Notes: generated from the sequence alone by a model not told the origin. A stretch of DNA of 64,000 nucleotides from Sphaeroforma arctica JP610 (GCF_001186125.1 NW_014040387.1:1-64000), one strand, 5' to 3'; shown: positions 13,468 through 28,982, counted from the first letter of the stretch. Translations and numbers: made by a program.

Positions 13468-14450
13468 TGGGGAATGTTTTCTGCTCCTGTTTCCTGGTCA
13501 CATTGAGCTCGGCCTGGGCAAAGACGGCCTCAAACGCATCGCAACTGCGCACTATACTGCTGTCTTCCCGATCCAGCCAGAAGTCGCCCTCCCCTTTACG
13601 CGTAATGTTCTCCTTGACCACTATGTATCCGTTGGGTTTGAGCGCTTGTTTGCAGCGCTTGAAGAACGCCACGAGATCGTCTGTTGCCGGAGAGAGTGTG
13701 GGGACAGATATGAGTCATTTGTACATTACTTGACATGTACTCGAACCATCACGTATGAAAAATAGGAGCATGTATCAATTATTGGACCTGTTCTCTGGCA
13801 GTACGTACAAACAAGAAAAAAGGGTGGGTGAATGTCGCAAACACCGCCTCTCCGTGTTTGAGGGCTGGCGTATTTGCATATAGCCGTACAGGGTCGGACA
13901 ATATAGCGTCCGAAGAGTATCGATGTGCGTAATATATACGTACTATTTATAAGTGCAGTGGCAGGTAATGGTGTGATTGTGATCCTGTGTGACTCTAGTG
14001 TGCCTTAACAGCGGTTACTACAAACACCTCTGCGGTGTGTTCAGGTGAAGGTTGCGCGCATGGTCCAGAGGTCACATTTAAACTGATGTGTATGGGACAT
14101 CCACTGTTGCATGATTGGTGCATACACACGCCCTTTATAGGAATTCCCTCAACCCAGAGCAATCATAGTTATGTTGCACGGCTAGTTTGTCAGTATACAA
14201 GTAATACACACTCCATTCAACCGCAGAACAGAGCACACGAATCTAAGTATACACGAACACCCACACCATGCACAACATACACCACCCGCCACTGAGATGA
14301 ACCCCCGACGCACTGCAACTCACACGACCTCGTAGTAATGGTCTACTGTACTGGTATATAAACACATACATCAGCTCACCACAGTGCCAGTGACGCAAAA
14401 TTACAAAGATCAGTCGAGAGCTACCCGTCCCCACCTCACTCACTCACTCA

Positions 14451-14482
<32 letters not shown>

Positions 14483-15717
14483 CACACACCCACACTCACA
14501 AACTCTCTCTCACACACACACGCTCACACACACACTCACTCACACGCACACACACACACACACACCGTCTTTGAGATGTCCCACAACCCACTGCACCCAT
14601 ACGACATCGTAGCGTTGGTCTTCCGGTGTGAAGTCCTGTAAACTGGAGCAGATAAACCGTTCCGCTTTGGGTGATGAGATCTTTGCCCGCGCCTTATCTA
14701 AAAACTTTTGGCAGAACTCGACCAAATCCACAACGTCGAATATCGGCAGTAATAATTTGGACGTCACACGCCCAATTCCTGCCCCACAATCAAGTGCAGA
14801 GATCTTCCCCGATTTGCCCAGTTTGCTTAGTAGTGGTTTTAGGAAGTCTTGGGAGCCTTTTATATCGACAGAGGATATGTGTGAAAACCCGCCCAGCACT
14901 CCATTTACGGTCGCTGGTATGTTCTGGTGGAAGCAATACAAAGAGTCAGACGAATGCAACGGCTCCGCTGCGCTAGTGTAACGATTGTATGCTGCTTACT
15001 GCACAGGTAGATACGGCAGTGTGGTATAAGACGGCATGCTTAAGGAATATATTGAATTGGATTCAATTCCATGGGTGCTCCAACGGATATATATTCGTTT
15101 TACGTATCCAATCCGAATTCATCACATGCGTTCACAGGAACATGCATATAAATCCACGCTTTCAAAATGAAGACATATCTACGTGTGCATATTCCTTTAT
15201 ACACGAAAACATATACAAATCGGTGAGCACAGAATATATATAAATATGTTTACGTCGAACTCAACGATTAAACTACAGATAAACGTAGACAGTACCCAAA
15301 ATATACATGTATAAAAATAATTATACATGTGCGTGTGTAGGTGAGTGTATAAATGTGTGAATAAATGTATTTGTGGCCCGTATGTGCGTGTGCTAGGATA
15401 CCTTCGGTCAAACCCTATATAAAAACAACAAATAAGAAATTCATAAAGATATTCAAATCACCAAAAAAAAAATACACAAACAATAAAAATAATGGCGTTA
15501 ATTGTACACATATGAGAAAACACGAGTCGTAATGAAATGTGTAAAAGCAAATACTCGTGTCCGTACTATATATATATATATATATCAATATAAACACATA
15601 CACACAGACATACGAGTGTATGCATATATATATATGTATGTAAGTATGTATGCGTGTATGAACATGTATATATATATATATATATATATATATGTAAGTA
15701 TGTATGCGTGTATGAAC

Positions 15718-15759
<42 letters not shown>

Positions 15760-15761
15760 AC

Positions 15762-15818
<57 letters not shown>

Positions 15819-15895
15819 CATTTATTTAATTATACATATATACATATATATAAATATATATATATCTGTATATATATATATATATATGTCTATGC

Positions 15896-15926
<31 letters not shown>

Positions 15927-16890
15927 CGTGTGTGGATACATACATACATATATACATATATCCGTAGTTAATATACACATATACATATATCCGTAGTTAA
16001 TATACACATATACATATATATATATATATATATAATATAATATACATAATAAATACATANNNNNNNNNNNNNNNNNNNNNNNNNNNNNNNNNNNNNNNNN
16101 NNNNNNNNNNNNNNNNNNNNNNNNNNNNNNNNNNNNNNNNNNNNNNNNNNNNNNNNNNNNNNNNNNNNNNNNNNNNNNNNNNNNNNNNNNNNNNNNNNNN
16201 NNNNNNNNNNNNNNNNNNNNNNNNNNNNNNNNNNNNNNNNNNNNNNNNNNNNNNNNNNNNNNNNNNNNNNNNNNNNNNNNNNNNNNNNNNNNNNNNNNNN
16301 NNNNNNNNNNNNNNNNNNNNNNNNNNNNNNNNNNNNNNNNNNNNNNNNNNNNNNNNNNNNNNNNNNNNNNNNNNNNNNNNNNNNNNNNNNNNNNNNNNNN
16401 NNNNNNNNNNNNNNNNNNNNNNNNNNNNNNNNNNNNNNNNNNNNNNNNNNNNNNNNNNNNNNNNNNNNNNNNNNNNNNNNNNNNNNNNNNNNNNNNNNNN
16501 NNNNNNNNNNNNNNNNNNNNNNNNNNNNNNNNNNNNNNNNNNNNNNNNNNNNNNNNNNNNNNNNNNNNNNNNNNNNNNNNNNNNNNNNNNNNNNNNNNNN
16601 NNNNNNNNNNNNNNNNNNNNNNNNNNNNATGTATGTATGTGTATGTGTGTGTGTATGTATGCATATATATATATATATAATATTTACTGTGATATTAATA
16701 TATATATATATACCTCCCAGTAGTCTTTGGCTTTCTTGTACCAGTTCAACTCTCCGGTTTTTTCATCAACGTCTGCGTCTGCCGCTTTCCAGAGCGCCTC
16801 TACACCTTCTGATGGATCTGGAAGTTCACCCGCTTTTGGCTGACGGTCGCCATCCCAGACCTCATCGGGTACGGTGCTATCTGTAGACAT
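13430..16890 (-). CDS. NTMT1: Alpha N-terminal protein methyltransferase 1 (NTM1/Tae1), 3 exons, ~261 aa
   Basis: Exons 16890-16714, 14923-14566 and 13680-13430 join in frame (786 nt). Motifs [60 protein letters not shown] and [12 protein letters not shown]. Confidence 0.95.
16060..16628. other. Assembly gap (N run) inside an (AT)n-rich NTMT1 intron
   Basis: Run of n. Smaller gaps lie at ~8916, ~12522, ~43220 and ~48534. Confidence 1.
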
Positions 16891-19800
16891 TATTGTTTCA
16901 AGGCTTATGGATACCTAACGACTCTATATGCTATCAACTCCTTTTAAATGTATTGTTGCTATTACAAATACGCAGAGATACATGACACATAGATTCCATA
17001 TATATATATTTATTTTTATTTTTATTACTTTCTCACGTATGTACACATATGTAGAAATGTAGTTCACAAAGCCGCTGTAGCGATGTGATGACAGCGATAT
17101 GCGTAATACGGCACGTGTAGCTGGACTTTTGCCGCCAAACTTTTTCAAGCTAAAATATTGTTCTATTTTCAGAAGGCTACATATGAAAATATGTATTTAT
17201 TTACTAATAATATTTTGGATTTTTAGAGGGGTGCTGACCTGCTGATTGCTGGCAGCTGTAAGGATTGTGGATGCCGAGTTGCCGACCCTCCCTCTACTAG
17301 TGGCCTCTCTAGTAGTAGTCCCTACCCTTTAGGAACATAAACGGCCTTAAGTGCACTTAAAACTGGGATAGTTGATCGGTACGGGATGAAGGGCCAGGTG
17401 GATAGATAAATAGGAATCTTAGGATGCTTATAAAAACTCGAATTTGCATATTTAGAATGTAGTAATTTTTAGTTGAACCATTGAAAACCTGCACCTACAT
17501 AAGGTCGTAAACCGATACTATTTTTGAATTTATATTTTAGTAATTAAAAACCCTTACATTTAAAAAAAAATCAATTGTATTTGAGCTTAGGCCCCGTGAC
17601 CCGAGGGCCCGAGGCCCTGATTCAACCCCGAGAGGCGAGACTGCGAGACTGCGAGAGTCCTCACTCCTCGCTCCTCTCTCTCTCGCTGGCCTGGGGAGAG
17701 ACCGAGAGAGAATGTGCGTGTGACTGTGTGTAAACTTGTATTTGGAGTGTATAAATATATCGACTTGAGTCCCGCGTCCCCGCGACCGAGTTCCCAGCGC
17801 TTCCCACTTCCCACATTACATATAAATGTACGCTTTCAGTCCCCACGGCGTCCCAATTGCGATGTATCATTTCACATTTGGAAAGACCTCCTTGAGTCCT
17901 TGTTCTTTCTTTTAATTTATCAAAATAGCTCCGTGCCAGTAGGCAGTAATCAGTATTTTTTTTTAAAAGCCTCGTTCCTGGCTCATGGCTGCCTGCCCCT
18001 GCCACCTGCCCCCCCCCCTCTCCCCCGGTGGCATGCTGTCATAAAGACTAAAAACATGACAAAGTCATAGCCCCTCGGTATATGATTTTTTTTTAAAATG
18101 TACAACAACAATCAACGACGGTAATAATGTCAAAACAAACACACAAACAGACTCAGTTTCGCTAAAATTTGAAAATAGGCGGCGAGAAAAACTAAATAAT
18201 TAATTTTGATTGGCTCTAGTAATTACTCCCAACCGTCAGACCAAACGAGCAACCCTTGCGTTGCGCTCAATGAAAATAGTCGCGCCTTCCAATACAAATT
18301 CCTTTGTATATAGGAGCTCCCCTATTATATATTTTGAAAAAGTTGTTTTGTTTGTCTTCCAATACAAACTCTTCTTCAGACAGGGCTCCCTACATTATTC
18401 AGTTAAAAATAATTTAGCTCAACTTCTCAAGTCTCAACATCTCAGTTCTCAGTTCTGAGAATTTGAGTAACTTCTCACACAAGAAGAGAATCCATTTCTC
18501 AGTTCTTCAGTTCGCATCAGACCTCAGGGCTCAGGGCTCAGTTCTCACCTATTTTATATTCTAATAAAACAAATTCCTCGTAGACTGTAGATAGGGCTCC
18601 TCAAAAAATACAAAATGTTCTTTTTGGTCTCTTTAATGCTAGTAGAAGTCCTAAATACTTTTCCATAAAAATTCTCAAAACACTACATTAGTTCCTTATA
18701 AAATTGATTCAAATGCCCCATTCATAATTTCTGGTAATCGGGTCGGTCATAGCCCATATCTACCAAAATTCGAGATTTATCTACAGAAGTACAGATTCTG
18801 CAACAAACGTTTTAATTAATTTTTTAAAAACATCTGGTAAACGAAACTGGAAAGTTTATAACTTTTTCACCACAAGTCAGTACTAAATATTTGCACCCAT
18901 TCTAATAGTCTCCTATTGCGTCCATCATTTATAAAAGTAAAAATAAAACAATACACTGGGGAGTGGGGGCCTGGGGCTTGGGGCCCTCCGGAAGTTCGGC
19001 CTTCGGCAGTCGGCAGTTGGCAGTTGGCAGTTGGCACTTGGCAGTGACACTCTTTTTTTAGAGATTCAGCCTTTTTAATTATTGTTGTATTTTTATTTCT
19101 ATAAATATTTGCAGGCTGCAGCCTTGTGTTGAGAAGTTGAGCCTGCAGACTGCAGTCCTGCCAGTCACGCTTTTTTTTTTCAAGAATGTTTTGACTCTTG
19201 AGTTTTCACTTTCCTCTTCCAGACTTCCAGTATTTATTTTTTATTTTTAAAATTCAGTTTCATGTTTTGTTTCAACTACGAACCAACGACTGACACCCAG
19301 CGACTGACTGACACTGACACACACACAACTTGACACAACACAACAAGAGAGAGAAGAAGAAGAGACGGAGACACTATTTACTACTACTACTACTGACTGG
19401 GGAATGTCTACGACGAACGAGCTCTTCCCAGAATCCCAGTTCCCTGTATTCGAGTCGTTTTCATTTTCAAGCAACGAGCACAAAGAATTCCATCATGATT
19501 TTTATTGGATGTGTAAATATTACGGTCATACGACAGTTGATGTCGCGCCGTCGCGGACCCATATTTATAAATATATAAAATAAACTTGATTTTGATTTTG
19601 ATTTTGATTTTGATTTTAAAAAACAACTATTTAGCCATCAGAAGCTACTGTTGGCCTAATGTGCAGTAAATACATATGTATTTTTTTTATCACAAAATAC
19701 TGCAGTTGAAGAGCCTGGGGCCCTGGGGCCTGGGCGGCTGGGGCCCTGGGCCCTTCTACTAGCTACTACATACAGCACAGACTACATAGTAGCCTACTAG

Positions 19801-20450
19801 TAGGCCCTGAGTGTTTGGGACTGGTCACTGACTCACTGGACACTGGATTATCTGGAGTTTGGACTCTGGATTCTGGAGGCCGTGAAACCGTGTTGTGTTA
19901 TGTGTCTTCCTTAAAAAAAAGTTGTGTGTACGGGGTGACCTGCAGGGTAAGACCATTGCCGGCTGTGCTACGTTGGGACGGGGGATTCAGATTCCGAATT
20001 TTCACTCCAACATCAAATCAATTCATAAAAACGACGCGTGTGTGCCTGTCTGTGGCGTTTACACCCCTCTCTGTGCCTATACGTATAAGCTGAGGGTTGC
20101 TGAGTACTGATTACATACATACCTAGCGTAACAGACTGGATCGGTGGATCGCTTTGCACTTGCTAATACCAGCTTCGATTATTCTAATAGGGGTCTGGCG
20201 TAGTTTAGAGAACTGATCATATGAAGGAGGGAAAGACTTGATCCTTTTACATTCATAAAGGGTTGTTTATGTGTAGCCATAGCTCGTAAAGTAAACCCTA
20301 GGCTGCTGCCACTTCAACATCGGTTTAGGATATGAGACATCCTGCAACCATTATACTGCTTCATGTCTGAATATAGATACCCTTTAAACACCACAAAGCG
20401 ACCGAGGGAGCGCTGTATCTTTTACATATATACTCACACTCACAAACAGG

Positions 20451-21262
20451 ATGGTTCACGATGTGATAGTTCCCACACAGTTCGACATCACATCGTACAC
20501 AACCAGTAATACTACTAATACTAGTAATACCAGTATCAATAGGACAGTGGATAACAACAAGAAGGCTTGCATTGAAGATGGGGGCAGGCATGACACAGAC
20601 AACACGCAGGAGAATCTCGCTGGCGACGACCAACAACCGTGCATCTGTGAATGCACAAAGCTCAATGAGAACGAGACATTTAAACAGTTCTTCAATCGAG
20701 TGGGCACGTTTATGGTCAAAAAGCCCGATCTCGACCCGGTACATCTAACATCGCGCAGTGTCTTGACTGTGGCGCTGAGGTATGTGAGTGCGCCCGTGTA
20801 TTGTATGTGGTGTTTTTATATGCTTGATATATTTGTATGCGAAGAACATGAGATTGGGGCTCATGAAATTTCCAGTCCGGCTATACCTCGAATGTTGTTT
20901 TCTCGTTGTGTTATGAGCATGGCTGCTTACACATTGCTGTAGCTAGGCTAGAAATTCGTCATATAATCATGTCCTTATAGGATCAGGTCATCGTGTATGA
21001 TTGCATTCTGCAACGAGATGAACCTGTCAACGCTGGTCGAAACTATTCATGAGCTTTTTCTTTTAAAGATGGTTTTACGGGGAAATTTAGTTTTCTTTTA
21101 CTATATCCTGGGGTGATGAAAAGTGCGATAACATACGCCACTGCATACTTGGTGTATATAGCACCAATTATGTACATTTTGTATATACGTGGGTAAATAT
21201 ATATATATATATATGTGTGTGTGCGTGTGTGTGTGTACACGTACACGTGAATGTGAATATAT

Positions 21263-21309
<47 letters not shown>

Positions 21310-21355
21310 NTATATATATATATATTATATATATATTATTATTATATATTATTAT

Positions 21356-21407
<52 letters not shown>

Positions 21408-24400
21408 ACACGTGTATGTGTTTGTGTGTACACATACATATATCTTGTATAAATGTATATGTGGGTTTTATTTATCATGTGTTGTAAACGATTGCTGCAC
21501 ACGGATAAGACGTTCCTGCTAGTACAGATTTAAAGCCGATACTCAGTACCTTTATTTATATATATATATATATATAATATATATGCATCAAAATCTGTCT
21601 AAAGGTATGTGCGTTGATCACTAAAACGATACGCAATACAATCTCTACCTAGGATAAGCACTACAAGCGCGCAGTACTTCATTGCACAATCGTATACCGA
21701 AGTATATCAATAAATCATCGTATTGAGTTAGTTATATTTGCTGAGTATCGCCAGTGTCCCTCTGGTTAAGGCCGATTTCATTTTAACTGCACGAGGTTGA
21801 GTGGCAAGGCTCACAATTTATCTCAAAAGCTATTTATCTCTAATGCATATCAAATTTTTATATTTCTACACCTTTCTTCGTATCCAATTAGTTATTCCAA
21901 TTTGCTGAATGAAGCCAATGTTCCGCTGAGCAAAGCCAAATTCATGGGATGGCTACGCGAGGTTGAGTGGCTTGGCTCGGGCGTTGCCGCTAATGAGAGC
22001 ACAGATGAGGAATTGGACCAACGGCTGAAATACGGTACGTGGGCTATACCCAAAACCATCACTTGCGCAATTACTGCCATATTATTACGATTTCAGTAGT
22101 ACGATCACTTGCGCAATCGCTGTCATATTATTACTGTTTTAGTAGTGCGATCGTTATATACCGGTATTATTACTATTCTAGTACAATCATTATACTCATG
22201 CCGTCGTATTATTACTATTCTAGTACAATCATTATACTCATACCGTCGTATTGTTACTATGCATAACACCAAATTTATTCGTTTCTAAGGCAGTGAGCGT
22301 GGTTTTGTATTTGTGTGGTATATTGCTTGGAAGTTGCGCTGGGGGCAGTTGGCAGACAAGGTGTTAGTTGATATGGGAATAGTTTCTGTATGTATGTATG
22401 ATGTAGACATTTATGAATGTATATATGTGTGTGTGTGTGTATTTTTATATATATGCGCTCGAAGCAGGTTGTAGGTACATGGGTGGTCACCCCGCAGTCC
22501 CTTGTCTTATTAAGTATTTTGAGGCACATGTTATAAGTCATTGGGCTGTGCTCCACACGTACGAAAGCAGATGTTCCCACATGGGGATTGTTGCCTCACA
22601 TGCGTGCGCCTATCATACAAGCGCTGCGCCGCTGACAAACACAACTATCGCAGATCACTTGCAATGTATATGTGTATATTATGCACAGCCTAAAACCACT
22701 CGGCATCCGTAAAACCTCGTGCTACAATGAGTATCCACGTACACAAATCATAGTGTACTTGGGAAGTGTTGAGTAATCTCAAGTGACTTCGACCTTTCAC
22801 CACAGCCTATACCTACCGATTAGCCGGGAAGCCCTCACACCTTATCGACAAGACCGAAACGGTACAATACGCCCCCAAACGAGGTGCATACTGTTACAAA
22901 TGTTTCACGGGATTCGAGTGCAACAGGAGATGTGGGCATGCTGAGCTGCCTATTCTGTATGTGTGCAAGGAGAACGACTGTGGTCTGGCCTGCCATGCGT
23001 GCTGCTTGGACAGTCCTCACCACTACAACGAGTTCTTCAAGGTACGTTATACTATATATATATATATATATATACATGTCTGTATGTATGTATGTACTTA
23101 TTTATATACATATATACATACGTATTTATATTTCTATATATATTATAAGCGGTATAGTGTGTAAGTTTATGTGTATGTGTCATGTAGAAAGTATCACTGC
23201 ACTGAATTGTTCTAGTTTATGTTGTATTTGTTTCGCTTTCGGTGTCTATATATCTAATATCTCTACAGTTAGAATGATCTCACCAAAGTATGTTAGTTTG
23301 TGATCTCACCAAAGTATGTTAGTTTGTGATGTAGAAGGTTCCTGTTTAACTTTACTGTTCACGGAACGAGTTAATATAGGTTTGTTGTGTTTATCTTTAT
23401 GTGTTTATAAATGGAACGACGCGGTTGCGCCTGTCACGAGCATCGTTGAAAGAAAGTCCTCACCAGGGTGGGTAGTATATTTCGGAACTATCTGGTATTA
23501 GTGTAAACGTGCAACCATACGTTCTCTTACTCGTTTTCGAGAGAGAACGTGTACATCCATGTTCTGCAAATTTGATATATGTGAAGGTTTGTATATTAAA
23601 CTCATACATGCATGCATTCTTCATACATGCATGCATTCTTCATACAATTTCGGTGAGTTTGACGGCAGTTCTTGCACACCGCGATTGCATCGAATACCTT
23701 CTCCCACAGTTATAGATGAACGTACGAATCTATTGGTGCATATAGGTCATTGAATAGGATAGCAGTAGCTGTTGTATGCAGCCGAGGTCATATACACTGG
23801 CGTCTCCGTATTCTTTCCGTAGCTTGAAGGGTGCGTGCGTTCCAAAAGTTGTGCGCTTGCACCCCAGACACTGGCGAACGTGAACTGTATCGCACGTTAA
23901 CAGATGAATGATTGTCTCGTTTTCACACTTTACATTAAATACATGTATGTATGTATGTATGTGTGTGTGTGAGTGTATATAAATATATGTGTGTGCGTGT
24001 GTGTGTATGTGGGAGGGAGGGGGGAGGTAATTGTGTGCGTTGTGTGTGTGTGCCAGAGACTGTGATAAGCGTATATATGCGTATAATATTATTTCACGTA
24101 TGCCCAAATATATTTCACATGCCATCTCTGATAAATGGATATTTCGAACTGGCCCTGTTTACATACTACGCCTAACCTACTCACCCACAGGGCGATGTGT
24201 CTAAGTTCAGGCGGTCGCGTGCGAAGGCCAAGATCGCATGGTACTGTGCCGAGCACAACTATACTGCGTCCGGTTTGAGGCGTGACAATAGCGGGATGGG
24301 AATCAATAACGGTATGCACATCGGGACGGGTGTGCACGTGGGTATTGATCACGCCGAAGACTTGTCCGTCTCCCGTTCGCAGTCCTTTCTGAGTGGGCGT

Positions 24401-27400
24401 GGAAGCGGGAGCGTGGCTGATGCCAACGCTGCTGCGATGAATGGCGGGCCGTACAAGCCGCGCGGAATCGATAGCGCTATGAATAGTGCCGCCACGTACG
24501 CGCATGCGGATACCAGCGCAGGCGCCCATACCGTTACCAGTATATCCGGCACAGGAGATGGCGATGGGGAGGGCTCCGGGCCCAAGAGCGGTGCCAACAA
24601 GACGGAGCGTGTGAACAAAAGTCTCACGAAGGGTTCGAAGAAGAGCGCGGATAAGAGCAAGCAGCAGCCAAGCACGCTGTACAGACGTAATTCACCCTCT
24701 AAGCTGGCGTCTGCGACAGAGCGGTCGTCGCGGGCGGGTAGTGGGATGCCCGGTAAGTATAACAGTCAGCCGGATCTGTCCAATGAGACCGGCGCGCTAA
24801 AAATAAAACGGGACCTGAGCCACCAGGGTGACGAGGCGACGGATGGTGTGGAGAAACGCACGGCATCAGCGCACCACGACGGCGCACACCACGAACACGA
24901 CCAACAACAACAGCAACCACGCCATTTACAGCAGTCACATCACCAACACCAACAACGCTACGCCCATCCACAACAACACCTGCAGCGCCCCCCCTCGAGC
25001 CCAACACATGTCGACACACCCTTCAATCCGTTTGCGCATGGGCCGGCCAGAAGTGCGGGTGCGGCAGGCGCACACGCACACAAGAGCGCGCCGCCGCATA
25101 CGCACGCGAAGATTCTCGCGCGACAGGGAAGTGGGCGGCTGCCACCACCCAGATCAGGCCAAATGTACCGCATGGATAGCAATAGCAGGGGTACCCCTGC
25201 GGGACCCCCCAGCCAGCCCAACGCGATGACGGAGGGTCATGCGCCACTTACCCCGCAACCGCACGAGCACGCGCACGGCGCGTTTTCGTACGGCGAGCAC
25301 GGGCCCCCGAATTTCGGTTCCACGCACCCGCATAAGCAGGCGCCAGCACACGCGCACGGCCACGCGGAAGAACACTCCGGCGAGTATACGCGCGGTTCGG
25401 CGCATGCACACCCCCCATTGCAGCACCGGCCGCCTATGGCGAACGCCATGCAGCGCAAAGGGCCGCTGGGCAGCGCACCCGGACTGCGGCGGTGTGACTC
25501 AAACGCCAGCGCCACGGAGGGTGGAGATCCGCGGAACAACCCGACGATGGGCATGGGCTTTAGCATGGGCGCGAACATGAATATGAGTGCGAATGGAGCC
25601 AGACAACACCCGCCGCCGCATGCCATGAGGCGAGGGAGCTATGGCTGGCGTCCAGCTGGCCCTGTCCACCCACAGGCGCAGGGGCAGGGGCTGCGAGACT
25701 CGCCACCACACCACCTGCAACGCCAACTCTCGCAGCAGCAGCAACTACCACAACAGTACCAAGCAATGCCGCACGAGTATGAGGGCGAGATGCGCCGGGG
25801 ACAGGGATCGGGACCGGGACCTCCCCCTAGTGGTATGGCCCTTCACCCGTCTAAGCAGTTGAGCTACACCCACGGCCAGGAGATGCACGAGCACGACATG
25901 CACAGGCAGCCGCACAGACACCCGCCGCACCACCCGTACGTCAGGTATGCGCACCAGCCGTTGCACCAACGGCCTCCGCACACCTACGCGCAGACACAGG
26001 CCGTGGCCCCGCCATACATGCACGGCGACTCGCAGTCACAACTCGCGGGGATGCATCCCGCCAAAATGCTGGACAACCCAAATGCGGGCAGGGAGGCGGA
26101 GCATGAATGCGCGAGCAGTGGCGAAGAGGAGGGGGCGCGGATGAATACGTCGATGGGGAGCGCGGAAAAGGGCACGGAGCTGAGTGGAAGCCGTTTGGTC
26201 TGTGAGAAGAAATCGCAGATACGTCCGAAGCTGAAGCCCAAGCCCAAGGCGGCCAAGCTGTCGCCGGAGTCGAAAGTGGTGAAGAAGTCGCCAAAGGACT
26301 CGAAGGGGGTGACCAAAAAAGGCCTAAAGAAGGGCCTGAAAGCATCACGCACGGTGGTCAAGAAGAAGGAGGTGGAGCTCAGCGACACGGCCAAGTCCGA
26401 GATGATCAGCGCGGCACTGACGCTGACTCGGACAGAAAAGGCAGTGATGAAGCCAAAGGCGGAGAAGAAACCGCGTAAAAAGGCCAATCCCACCGCCACA
26501 GCGGGGGAAAAGGTGCTGAAAGCTGCCAAGAAAGCCTCTGGGAAGGGCCTGAAAGTGGGTGGGGAGGGCCCAAAGGCTATGAGTGCCAAGAGTACAGGGT
26601 CTAAACCCAGGAAAATTTCGGCCAAGAAGAGCGGCGGTGGTGTGGTGGGTGTTGGTTTTGAAGACGCCGCTGAGGAGAACGGGAAGGCGGTAGGTCGCTC
26701 AAGCAATCCCGTGCAGGTGGCAGCAACACACAAGGACATGGTACATCCGGAGGCGCCTGATGAAGTGGGGTATACAGGCACGCCCTATGCCCAGGGCAAC
26801 CACGATGACCGACCCGTAACCAGCAGCAACCCGAGATCTATAAATAGACCGGGTGAGGGCGTTGCGGGGAGGCAAAGGTCGGCGTACGACGGTGCGCCCG
26901 ACAGTGGACGGGATATGGACCACGAGGAACGGGCGGATGGTGCGGATAGCATGGGGAATAGAAGCATCGGTAACCAAACAAACCACGCCCACGAGAACAA
27001 CCCAGACCATATCATGAGCGATAACGGCCGTGGCAGTGACTCGGATGACTCGCGTCGATACGCGGGCGTGGCGCCGCAACCGCGCAAACTGCGGCGCGTG
27101 AGCGGCAGCAGTGCTAATGGACGGGTTACCTACCGGCGGTCGATAGGGTCGCACTCCGGCCTGGCGGATTACGACGATGAGCATGCCTGGGTAGATTCCG
27201 AAGCTCGGGGTATTGAGATAGGCATGCACGTTAACATGGGCCCGGCTGGTATGCCTGTGACGCTCCCGCTGAGTATGAGCAAGACGATGAATATGGCGAT
27301 CGGCCACAGGCGCGCGGTGGGGGAAGGGCTGGACAACCCCAACCCCCGTATGAACGGGTTTGTGGGCCCTGGGATGCCGAGGTACATGGCGGCTGGCGGT

Positions 27401-28026
27401 ATGGCCTTGCCGCCGCACTCGTATGCGGCAAGGAAGTTTACGCTGCACCCCAACCACTCCTATCCGGACCGGCCGTCCAGCGCTCTGTCGTACCATCCCA
27501 CGCGATCAATGCCGCCCTACGGTACGTTTTTAGGGTTGCTTGGGTTATGTGGTCTGATCTAATTGGGTCTGTTTGGGTGTCTTATTGGCGCGTGGTAGGA
27601 TAGATAGACGGGTGTTTGTGTTGTTTGCCATGTATCCTTGTGTGTTAGTATGTATGTCCGATTTACTTTCTTATGAAAGTACAATTGCCGTGCCCACATT
27701 CAACTCGTCCTTGCGCGCCATATGTGACAAATTGTTTGCGGATTTTTTTCTTTTGCGCATATATGTTTTATATACATATATATATATTAAGATATAACAA
27801 GTATATATTATTGTCCATCAAGTCACGTTTCGGGTGATATAATACCGGTTGAAGTTGTTGCCTTAACATCACTCCCCAGTTTGTTAACACTGACAGTCGG
27901 TGCAATTGTATTGAATACTGTGTACAGGCCGGAGGTATCCCTTTCCCCCATATCACCACATGAACTCCCACACCCAGGGCCCGCCTCAACAGCCAGATTA
28001 TTGTAAGTGGTGTTATGGCTTGCTAC

Positions 28027-28059
<33 letters not shown>

Positions 28060-28982
28060 TATGTATATATATATATACGTGTGTGTGTGTGTGTATGTAT
28101 CTATGTATGTATGTAGATCTGGAGATCTGAATATGTACGTATCTGATTGTAAATGTGTATACGTATCATCGCAAGTGGAGTATTGTGGCACTCTACCCAT
28201 AACTACACGAATAGTATAATGGTACTCCCGGCACTCCCTAGCAGTTGACAAACGTATTTCTATATAGCCACCTGGATGTACTGTGGGCATATGGCATGAC
28301 ACAATGACAACACATGTCCAAGAATCTATTGCGGGCCTGGCCTATTAGAGCCATGCATCCTGTTGAGCTGCACAGTGTGTTTGGTTTAACTGGGTTGTGA
28401 GAGGTCTGTACCCAGGGCAGCGGAGAATAGGTACGTGCATTTCCGTAACAAGAGTCACATCCGATATGTACGCTGCACTCAACAGATGGTGTCGAAAGTC
28501 TAGAGAGTGCATTATTCGAAGCGCTCGTCTTTAGACCCCTCACTATCGGTACATGCGTGCGTAAGTGTGCGCCTTCGTGTGTGTACAGTTAGTTTCTAGG
28601 CAGTGGTGCGCTTAGCTCATTCTCCCTCTTGTGCGGGTGTGTATTCTGAATGTACTCATGCAAATTGCGCACCCATGAGGCAACCCAGTAGTCTATATGA
28701 ACACACCCGTGAACTACTGTACTCATATCCATGTGGCACGCACATACGATCATCCCCGTCTGATTTGTAGGATGGAAGCCCTACAATAAACTCACGCAGT
28801 TGTACCAAACCACTCTGATATAACCTCGCCACCCAGCCAGCTACTTCAATATCAAGCGATGTACTGCAACATCGAGAAGATCCCCACCTTGGACTAGCGA
28901 CCTATGCAATTCTTAATACTCACACGCCTACTAGCGAACAAAGGCAGGATTTAGCCTTTATCTCATTGCTGTCTCCTATATT

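Noticed and set aside
24089..27496. Many overlapping ORFs on the minus strand and in alternate frames
   Set aside because: Shadow ORFs of a GC-rich 3.3-kb exon.
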